From Candidatus Eiseniibacteriota bacterium (GTDB taxonomy: Bacteria; Eisenbacteria; RBG-16-71-46), in assembly GCA_963725865.1 (NCBI GenBank), contig CAVSAC010000014.1, positions 928,001-992,000 on the forward strand: a stretch of 64,000 bases of DNA. The letters run 5' to 3'. The notes below the pieces were generated by a model. It searched no databases. It was not told the DNA's origin and saw only the letters and a program-made list of their open reading frames with translations. The position numbers and the translations under genes were made by a program. Position 1 is the stretch's first letter. Every line of letters starts with the position of its first letter. This document shows, one piece after another, positions 32,270 through 41,818 of the stretch.

Positions 32270-32500
32270 CGTCACACAAGGGAGGGGGGGCCCATCCCTG
32301 CATTCTCGAGGACTCCACTTCGGGCTTGTGGCTCGAGTCCGCATGCAGCCCCGGCCCGCGCGGCGTGCACCCATGTCCACCGACTCACCTCGCTCGGCTC
32401 GTCGGCGACCTCCTGGGCATCCGCGGGTCTCGTGCAGCGAACGAAACCCCGGTCCGGCCCGGAAGCTCCCTGCCAAGGAGTTCTTCCTGCCCGGCTGCAA
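32270..32500 (-). ncRNA. Candidate structured non-coding RNA (unassigned)
   Basis: TTGACA(32529-34)-N18-CATGTT promoter-like element; closing helix TGCAGCC/GGCTGCA (32493-99 with 32344-50) enclosing three hairpins; no credible ORF. Confidence 0.5.
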
Positions 32501-32583
32501 CCAGAACATGTGTCCGCGGCGGCGCCGGTGTCAAGGGCGACAAGCGTCCGTTCGACCCCACGCGTCCGCGCGCCCGGGGTGCC

Positions 32584-33762
32584 TCATCGTCGGCCAGCGC
32601 GCGGGGGCTTCGACGCCGGGCCGAGCACCTCGAACGTGCAGTCGTCGTAGTACAGGCGCCCCTCGGCGGGGGCGTTGTAGACGAACCACACCCATACCTC
32701 GTAGGCGTCCTCGGGGATGTCCATCTCGGAGGTGGCGAGCTCCCAGGGTGTGTTCGAGGAGTACTGTTTTCCAGGTTGCAGTTCGCCGCCGTGCAGGGTG
32801 TGGACGTAGATCTGGATGTAGGCCAGTCCGCGCAGGCTGTCGGTGCGGATATACGTGGTCGCGCGCACGCGCTTGCCGGCGAGGTCGTGGCGCGGGAACG
32901 CCTGCCCGATGCCGGTCTTCACCTTGATCATGCCGTCGAGTCCGCCCTCCATGCGGACCGAAGCTCGCCCGGTGTGGGCGACGGTGGAGTCGCGTACGAC
33001 CTGCATGTTCGCGAACGGCGGCAGCGAGTACTCCCAGTCGTTCCCGTCGCCTTCGAACCCCGGGTCCTTGAGCAGATTCGTGCCGATCGGGAGCGGGGCC
33101 GGACGCTCCGGCGCCTCGAGGGTCAGGCTGGCGTCGTCGAACAGCACCTGGCCCGTTCCGAGGATGCCGAGGCGCACCCAGATGACGTCGACGGTGGGCG
33201 GCACGAACACTCGGACGGTGCGCTTCACCCAGCCGGTCTCGGACTCGGAGAAGTACTGGCGCCGCCAGCCGAAGTCGATCAGCGGATCGTCGACCGGATT
33301 CACGCGCATCCGCTTCGCGGCCTCCAGGCGAGGCACCTTCCAGATGAGGGACATCCGCGTGACGGTGTCGCGATAGGCCTGCAGCAGCAGGAAGCCCCGA
33401 CCCTGGAGACCGTTCGAGCGCGTCCACGCCGTGAACACCGCGTCCTTGCCCCACGCTTCCTTGCCCACGCGGATCGCCTGGCTCCAGTTGTGCGCCATCG
33501 GATAGAGCATGCTCACGTTGGCGAGGCCGACCGCGTAACGCCCGTGCTCCACGAGGAACGTGTCGCGCCCGAAGAACGCTCCGCCGACCTCCGCCGCAGA
33601 GGTATCCCACCCGGTCGGCATCCACGGGTGGCCGTCGAGCGACTGCTCGAAGTCGGGGTTCGCGAGCAGATTGGTGCTTCGAGGTGCGGCGACTACCGTG
33701 GCGGCGGCGAGCAGGATCGCGACGACGGGCACGACCACCTGCGCGAACGGATGGCGCATCAT
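32584..33762 (-). CDS. Secreted protein with two CBM4/9-like carbohydrate-binding domains
   Basis: Signal peptide; duplicated NLL.NP.FE...W domain, each ending in FDD/YDD. Confidence 0.75.
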   Translation of the reverse strand: MMRHPFAQVVVPVVAILLAAATVVAAPRSTNLLANPDFEQSLDGHPWMPTGWDTSAAEVGGAFFGRDTFLVEHGRYAVGLANVSMLYPMAHNWSQAIRVGKEAWGKDAVFTAWTRSNGLQGRGFLLLQAYRDTVTRMSLIWKVPRLEAAKRMRVNPVDDPLIDFGWRRQYFSESETGWVKRTVRVFVPPTVDVIWVRLGILGTGQVLFDDASLTLEAPERPAPLPIGTNLLKDPGFEGDGNDWEYSLPPFANMQVVRDSTVAHTGRASVRMEGGLDGMIKVKTGIGQAFPRHDLAGKRVRATTYIRTDSLRGLAYIQIYVHTLHGGELQPGKQYSSNTPWELATSEMDIPEDAYEVWVWFVYNAPAEGRLYYDDCTFEVLGPASKPPRAGRR

Positions 33763-33971
33763 GGGGATCCTCTCGAGGTGTTCGGGGAGTCGCTCCATCC
33801 CGGAGCGCGAGCGAAAAGTATCGTGAGCACGCGCTGCGCGGGTCAAGCGGAATCCCCTGCAGGCGCCGACGTCAGGCGCGTGTGAAGCCGGTGCGCGGTT
33901 TGCGACTCGCGCGCGGGGACGACTATCGTCGGCCCGATCCGCGCACGCCGCGCGGTCGCGGAGGCACTTCC

Positions 33972-34817
33972 GTGTCCGAGTGGTTCTTCACCAACGACCT
34001 CCACGGTCAGTCCACCCACTACGAGCAGTTGGTCGCGATCGCCGCGGCTCACCGACCTCGCGTGGTGATCCTGGGGGGCGATCTCTGCCCGCACGAGAGT
34101 GGCGATGCCGGGGTGCGCCGGCAGCGCGTCTTCCTGCAGGGATTCCTCGTCGAGTTCGCACGCCGCGTCCGCGAGGCATCCGGCGGAACCGCCCTCCTCC
34201 TGTTGATGGGCAACGACGACTGGAGCATCAACCACGACGTACTCGCGGCGCACGATGGGACGCTCTGGCACCTGATCCACGAGCGTCTCGTGCGCGTCGA
34301 CGACGTGCCGGTCGTTGGCTCCTCGTGGGTGCCCATCACGCCGTTCACCATCAAGGACTGGGAGCGCTGGGAGGACGGGAGGGAGGAGTCCCCGCCGCGG
34401 CTCGACGGGTGGCGCAGTACGGCCTCGGGCCTGCAGGCGTTCGCGTTCGATCCACTGAGGCGTACTCCCACCATCGCCGAGGCGCTCGCCGGGCTCGCCG
34501 GATTGTCCCCGCCCCGCGAGACGGTGCTGGTATCGCACTCGCCGCCGCGGGACACCCGCTGCGACATGGTCCAGGGCGGGGCGCACGTGGGCTCGCGGGC
34601 ATTGCGGGAATGGATCGAGGCCCAACAGCCACGGCTGGTGCTCAGCGGGCACATCCACGAATCGCCGCGGGCGTCCGGGGCGTGGCGCGACCGCATCGGG
34701 CCGACGGAGATCGTGAACCCGGGCCAGTTCGGCACCGTGCGGCTCTGCGGCGTGTGGTTCGACCCGGCCGCCCCGGCCGAGACCCTGCGGCACACCGTGC
34801 ACACCGGCCTGCGCTGA
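33972..34817 (+). CDS. Calcineurin-like metallophosphoesterase (Icc-related)
   Basis: GGAGG RBS, GTG start; DLHG, GGD, GNDD, HSPP, GHIHE and NPG motifs. Confidence 0.88.
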   Translation: MSEWFFTNDLHGQSTHYEQLVAIAAAHRPRVVILGGDLCPHESGDAGVRRQRVFLQGFLVEFARRVREASGGTALLLLMGNDDWSINHDVLAAHDGTLWHLIHERLVRVDDVPVVGSSWVPITPFTIKDWERWEDGREESPPRLDGWRSTASGLQAFAFDPLRRTPTIAEALAGLAGLSPPRETVLVSHSPPRDTRCDMVQGGAHVGSRALREWIEAQQPRLVLSGHIHESPRASGAWRDRIGPTEIVNPGQFGTVRLCGVWFDPAAPAETLRHTVHTGLR

Positions 34818-34942
34818 GTCGGACCCGGATCCTCGGGCCCGGTCTCGCGCTCCCAGCCCGCGCAACCCATGAAGCCGCTCGGCGCGCCGCCGGCGTGCTA
34901 GACTCGCCACCTCCCTGGACCCCCGTGCTCGAGGCTCGATCC

Positions 34943-35449
34943 ATGATCCGACGCTGCATCGCTCCGCTGCTGGTACTCCTCGCCGCGACCCTTGCACCCG
35001 CCGGCGCACGCGCCGCGGGCGAACTCCGCTGGCGCGGATTCGACGCCGGGCTGCGCGAAGCCAGGAGCACCGGCCGACCGGTGCTGGTGGACGTGGTCAC
35101 GGACTGGTGCCGCTACTGCAAGATGATGGATCGCGACGTGTACTCGCGCGCCGACGTGCGCGAGTACCTGTCCCAGCGATTCATCCCGGTGAGGCTCGAT
35201 GCCGAGGGGGCGCAGGTCGTGTCCTATGAAGGACGGAGCTTCACGGGCCGCACGCTGTCGCAGCGCTTCCGGGTAAACGGCTATCCCACCACGATCTTCC
35301 TGAAGGCCGACGGCGGACACCTCGTAAACGTGCCCGGCTACCTGCCGGCGGATCAGTTCCTGGTGCTCATGCGCTACGTCGCCGAGGGGGCGCTCGAGCG
35401 CGGCGAGGACTGGGAGGCGTACGCCCGCAAGGCGAGCGGGGCGCGCTGA
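34943..35449 (+). CDS. Exported thioredoxin-like protein (SoxW/DUF255-like)
   Basis: Signal peptide, DWCRYC active site, GYPT cis-Pro loop. Confidence 0.88.
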   Translation: MIRRCIAPLLVLLAATLAPAGARAAGELRWRGFDAGLREARSTGRPVLVDVVTDWCRYCKMMDRDVYSRADVREYLSQRFIPVRLDAEGAQVVSYEGRSFTGRTLSQRFRVNGYPTTIFLKADGGHLVNVPGYLPADQFLVLMRYVAEGALERGEDWEAYARKASGAR

Positions 35450-35457
35450 GCCCCGCG

Positions 35458-36063
35458 ATGTCGCTGCTGACCGGTCACGAGGTCGCGGTGGTCGACACCG
35501 AGACCACCGGCTTCTCGCCCGTGGATGGACACGTCCTGGTCGAGGTCGCGGTGGTCCGCGTGGTGGACGGCGCGATCCGCGAATCCGAGTCGTGGTCCTC
35601 GCTGATGCGGCCCGGCCGGCCCATCCCTCCCGACGCGACCGCGGTGCACGGGATCACCGACGCGATGGTGGCTGGGGCGCCGCCGCCGGCCGAAGTCGCG
35701 CGGCTCCTGCGCGAGGCCTGCGGGGCGCGGGTGCTCGCGTTCCACAACGCGCCGTTCGATCTGCCGTTCCTGGTGGCGCTGCTGAGCAGTGAGCGCCAGC
35801 CGCCCCTCACGGCCCCCGTCCTCGACACGCTGGGCCTCGCGCGCGGGCTCTACGGCTCCGGAGGCAACAGCCTCGGCGCCCTCGCCCGCCGTCTGCAGCT
35901 GCCGCCCGCGACCGCGCACCGTGCGCTCGGGGACGCGCTCACCACCGCGCACCTGCTGGTGCGGCTGGCCGCGGACTGGGCGAAGCGGGTGCCCTCGCTC
36001 GAGGAGTTGGCCGCCGCGAGCCAGGACCAGAATCGCTGGCGACCGACCGCGGCCGCGCGCTGA
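35458..36063 (+). CDS. DEDDh 3'-5' exonuclease (DnaQ-like)
   Basis: DTETTG, HNAPFD and HRALGDA motifs. Confidence 0.9.
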   Translation: MSLLTGHEVAVVDTETTGFSPVDGHVLVEVAVVRVVDGAIRESESWSSLMRPGRPIPPDATAVHGITDAMVAGAPPPAEVARLLREACGARVLAFHNAPFDLPFLVALLSSERQPPLTAPVLDTLGLARGLYGSGGNSLGALARRLQLPPATAHRALGDALTTAHLLVRLAADWAKRVPSLEELAAASQDQNRWRPTAAAR

Positions 36064-36166
36064 CGCGCCGCGCCCCGGTCGATTGACACTCGACCGTGTG
36101 CTCCGGATGATGCACCGTCGACCTGCGACATCCCCCGCGTCGCCAGCGCCGATCCAGGAGGGCCCC

Positions 36167-36646
36167 ATGCCCGATCGCGTGAACCTCGAATTGGGCCAGC
36201 CGGCCCCGGACTTCCGATTGAAGGGACCCGGCGGCGCCTTCGTCACGCTCTCCGAGTATCGGGGCCAGAAGCACGTGGTGCTCGCGTTCTACCCCCTCGC
36301 GTTCTCCCCGGTCTGCGCGCATCAGCTTCCCACCATCCAGCGCGAGATGGGCGCGATCGAAGCGCTCGACGGGACCGTGCTCGGTATCAGCGTGGATAGC
36401 CACTACGCCAATCAGGCGTTCGCGGAGCGGCTGCGGCTCACGTTCCCGCTCCTCTCCGACTTCAATCGCGAGACCAGTGCCGCCTACGGCGTGCTGCTCG
36501 GCGAGCGGGGGATCAGCAATCGGGCCCTGTTCCTGATCGACAAGCAGGGACGCGTCGCTTACAAGGAGATCTCGGAGAACCCCGGGGACCTCGCGATGAT
36601 CCCGAGCAATCCCCGGCTGCTCGCTGCGCTCGAGGCCCTTCAGTAG
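36167..36646 (+). CDS. 1-Cys peroxiredoxin (AhpE/AhpC-TSA family)
   Basis: FYPLAFSPVC, FPLLSDF and RALFLID motifs; AGGAGG RBS; upstream TTGACA at 36083. Confidence 0.9.
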   Translation: MPDRVNLELGQPAPDFRLKGPGGAFVTLSEYRGQKHVVLAFYPLAFSPVCAHQLPTIQREMGAIEALDGTVLGISVDSHYANQAFAERLRLTFPLLSDFNRETSAAYGVLLGERGISNRALFLIDKQGRVAYKEISENPGDLAMIPSNPRLLAALEALQ

Positions 36647-36679
36647 CAGCGGCGCGGCCCGCCGCGCCACCGGGCGACC

Positions 36680-38029
36680 ATGCCGAAGGATTCCGCCACC
36701 GTTCTGGTTGTTGGCCGCGAGAATGCGGCCACCCGCGAGACGATCGCGCGCCTGCGCGCACACGATTACGCTGCGATATGGGCGCGCGATGGCGAGAGCG
36801 CCCTCAATCTCCTCGATCGGCGCCGCGTCGATGCCCTGGTGGTCGAGGTGCGGGCCCCGCGCATCGACGGGCTCGCCGTGATGCAGCGGGCGCTCGCCCG
36901 CAACCCGGCGACGTGCACCGTGCTGATCGCGGCCGGCCCGCAGACCGAGGCGGCGATTGACGCGCTGCGACACGGAGCACACGACGTGCAGTCGCCGCCT
37001 CTGCACCTCGACCGGCTGATAGCCATGCTGGAGCGCGGCCTTGCGCAGCAGCGGCTCGGCGAGCGCCTCGACGCGATGCAGGCGCGGCTCGATCAGCGTT
37101 TCGGGCTCGGGCGACTGGTCGCGCAATCGCGCGCCATGCGGCGGGTGATCGAGCAGGTGCGGCACACGGCTGCAACCCGAGCGACCGTGCTGATCGAGGG
37201 CGAGCCCGGCACCGGCAAAGGGTTGCTCGCCCAGGTGCTGCATCAGCACAGCCCGCGCAAGACCGGGCCCTTCGTCATGGTGGACTGCGGTGCGGTGCCG
37301 GACGGGTTGATCGAGAGCGAGCTGTTCGGCGACGACTCGCTCGACGACGCATCGCGACGGGGCCGGTTCGAGCTGGCGGACGGGGGCACGCTGTTCCTCA
37401 CCGATGTGGCGTCGATCCCGCTGTCGGCCCAGGTGCGCCTGCTGCGCGCGATCCAGGACCGCGGATTCGAGCGGGTCGGGGGCACGACGACCCGCCGCGC
37501 GGACGTGCGGCTGCTCGCCGCGAGCGAACGCGACCTCGCGGCGGAGGTCGCCGCGGGGCGGTTCCGCGACGATCTCGCGCGGCGCCTCGGAGTCGTGCGG
37601 CTCGTGCTCCCGCCCCTGCGCGAGCGCCGTGAGGACATCCCGGCGCTGGTCGAGCGCTTCATCCACGAAACGAACCGCGCCCATCGCCGGCGAGTCACCG
37701 GCATCACGCGCGGCGCTCTCGAGCGCCTGCTGGCGCACGCTTGGCCCGGTAACGTGCGCGAGCTGCGGGAAGCGGTGGAGCGGATGGTGGAGTCCACGCG
37801 CGGCCGGCGCGCGCTCGACCTCTCGGACCTGCCGTCGCCGCTGCGGCCGGACGTCCAGGGTGGTGAGCCGCTCGCGCTGGCGGTCGGCATGACGATCGAC
37901 GAGGCCGAACGCCACCTGATCCTCGCGACACTGGAGCACGCCGGCGGAGACAAGGTTCGCGCCGCGCAGGTGCTGGGCATCGGCCTGCGTACGCTCTATC
38001 GGAAGCTCCAGCAGTACGCCATCCACTGA
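36680..38029 (+). CDS. Atypical NtrC-family regulator (pseudo-receiver, AAA+ domain lacking GAFTGA, Fis HTH)
   Basis: GEPGTGK, ESELFG, WPGNVREL and LGIGLRTLYRKL motifs; catalytic motifs are degenerate. Confidence 0.88.
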   Translation: MPKDSATVLVVGRENAATRETIARLRAHDYAAIWARDGESALNLLDRRRVDALVVEVRAPRIDGLAVMQRALARNPATCTVLIAAGPQTEAAIDALRHGAHDVQSPPLHLDRLIAMLERGLAQQRLGERLDAMQARLDQRFGLGRLVAQSRAMRRVIEQVRHTAATRATVLIEGEPGTGKGLLAQVLHQHSPRKTGPFVMVDCGAVPDGLIESELFGDDSLDDASRRGRFELADGGTLFLTDVASIPLSAQVRLLRAIQDRGFERVGGTTTRRADVRLLAASERDLAAEVAAGRFRDDLARRLGVVRLVLPPLRERREDIPALVERFIHETNRAHRRRVTGITRGALERLLAHAWPGNVRELREAVERMVESTRGRRALDLSDLPSPLRPDVQGGEPLALAVGMTIDEAERHLILATLEHAGGDKVRAAQVLGIGLRTLYRKLQQYAIH

Positions 38030-38176
38030 CCCCGGACGCGGGGCGCCAGCCGCGGTTGGGCGGTGCCGGCCAGAATGGCCCGCATCCGCCCCGTACGGGG
38101 GGGCGGGAGCCCGGGCTAATCCCCGCGCGCCGGCCCGCCGATACCCGGGTCGGACCTGTTCCATGGAGAGGCGCGC

Positions 38177-39214
38177 ATGGGCGACATCGAACCGATCGAG
38201 CCGATCGAACCGTCGGACTCGACCGAATCGACCGTATCGAACGGAGAGCTCGAGACCGACGAGATGCGCGTGGCGGCCGAGCGCGCGCGTGCCGAGAGCA
38301 CGGCCGCGGCGCGCCCGGACTGGCTGGTGGGTGCCGACGACGGTGTGGCGGCCGAGCACGAACGCGTGGCGCGCGAGGCGGTTGCCCCCACCGAATCGCC
38401 CACGCTCCGCCGCCCAGAAGCGCCGACTGACGACGCGCCGCGTCGCCTGGACACGGCGCCCCCGCGGGTGCTTCCCGGGTTGCCGCTGTCCACGAAATCC
38501 GCGCCGGCAGCCGAGAAGCGCGTCGCCTGGACCGCGGCGGCCAGCAGCCTGCCCACGCTGCGCGTGCTCAAGGGCGGCGTGCCCGAGTCCGCGGCGCCGC
38601 CCGACGCGCGGCTGGCGCCCGACGCGCGCCTGACGCCCGACGCGCGCCTGACGCCCGACGCGCGCCTGACGCCCCAGGTGCGCCTGGTCGAACCCGCGCG
38701 GGCCGCGGCCCCATTGCGCGTGATGCAGGTCGAGGAGGAAGACGAGCGCGCGTTCCCCGACAGCACCGGGCATTCCCCCGGCACGCCGGCAGGGACCGCC
38801 GTCCCCACCGTCACCGCGCGCCGCTCGGCTCCGCGCGAGGCCTGGTGGCTGATCGCCGTCGACACCCTGCGCTCCGATCGGAGAGTGCAGTTGCTCGCCG
38901 CACTGATCGTGGTGCTCGCCACCGCGATCGCGTTCTGGCCGCACGCCGAGAAGACGATCTCGATCCATGAGATCCGTCGCAACCCACAGGCGTGGGACGG
39001 TCGCATGGTGCGCGTCAGCGGCCGCGTCGGCGAGGTCTTCCCGGTCGGGGGCGGCTACGCGTTCAATCTCCACCAATCGCGCGACACGATGGTGGTGTTC
39101 ACGCGCTCGCGCACCCCGCGCGCCCGCGAGCAGGTCACGGTCGCCGGCTCCATCAGCACTGGATGGCTCGATGGCGTACCGCGCCAGGCGCTCTTCGAAG
39201 AAGTGACTCGCTAG
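38177..39214 (+). CDS. Membrane protein: disordered N-terminus, one TM, C-terminal OB-fold-like domain
   Basis: Acidic/Pro-rich N-terminus; LLAALIVVLATAIAFW TM; I.EI..NP..WDG..VRVSGRV C-terminal domain. Confidence 0.7.
   Translation: MGDIEPIEPIEPSDSTESTVSNGELETDEMRVAAERARAESTAAARPDWLVGADDGVAAEHERVAREAVAPTESPTLRRPEAPTDDAPRRLDTAPPRVLPGLPLSTKSAPAAEKRVAWTAAASSLPTLRVLKGGVPESAAPPDARLAPDARLTPDARLTPDARLTPQVRLVEPARAAAPLRVMQVEEEDERAFPDSTGHSPGTPAGTAVPTVTARRSAPREAWWLIAVDTLRSDRRVQLLAALIVVLATAIAFWPHAEKTISIHEIRRNPQAWDGRMVRVSGRVGEVFPVGGGYAFNLHQSRDTMVVFTRSRTPRAREQVTVAGSISTGWLDGVPRQALFEEVTR
38600..38689 (+). repeat. 18-bp in-frame tandem repeat (PDARLT) x ~5
   Basis: CCCGACGCGCGCCTGACG at 38618, 38636 and 38654, with degenerate copies at 38600 and 38672. 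Confidence 0.9.
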
Positions 39215-39333
39215 CGGCGCGCGTCCTCGCGTCGTGGCCAGACGGGCGCACTTCCCTGCGGAGCGCGCCCCTCGCCGCATGCGTCCCGGCGCTCGATGCT
39301 GGCGATGCCTCGACCCATCCGCCAGGCAACTCT

Positions 39334-39394
39334 TGCCATTCTGACAACCGCCCGGGCTTCTTTTGCCATTCTGGGACATCCTGCCAGAGTCACA
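39334..39394. promoter_or_regulatory. Three TGCCA-N3-TGACA-like imperfect palindromes upstream of groES
   Basis: TGCCATTCTGACA(39334), TGCCATTCTGGGA(39364), TGCCAGAGTCACA(39382). Confidence 0.55.
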
Positions 39395-39605
39395 ATCATC
39401 TACTGACCAGCAGGTTACGCGGATGATCGCTGGCCGCGCCGGGCCGACCTGGAATTGCATTGCGGCTTCTCGTCCGCGTGGCCTATGTTCCGCGTCGCGC
39501 TCGGGGTGAGCGGCTCCCGCCGCACGATCAACGCGCCCAACGCCTCAGTCGACACATCATCCTTCAAACCGCGGCCTCGCAGGCCGTGCATCGAGGAGGA
39601 GCCAC

Positions 39606-41601
<1,996 letters not shown>

Positions 41602-41626
41602 TCCAGATCGACATACATCGCACACG

Positions 41627-41661
41627 ACGGCCCCGGGGGCGACCCCGGGGCCGTTCGCGTT
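41627..41661 (+). terminator. groESL terminator hairpin
   Basis: 12-bp stem ACGGCCCCGGGG/CCCCGGGGCCGT with a GCGA loop and short T-containing tail. Confidence 0.75.
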
Positions 41662-41818
41662 GAGGGGGGGGACTGCGGTAGTGCCACCGGGGGCCCGTTC
41701 GATCGCGCGGGGGCGAGGTTCGCGCATGTCCGGTCGCGTGCGGCTGCGGCGCCAATACCACGGCACGCATGTCACGGCCAGCCCGGCGGACCCCCGGGTG
41801 GCACTCCGGAGGACGACC

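Noticed and set aside
39450..39463. sigma54 promoter for groES
   Set aside because: Spacing is GG-N9-GC, whereas sigma54 requires N10. Kept only as a possible vestige.
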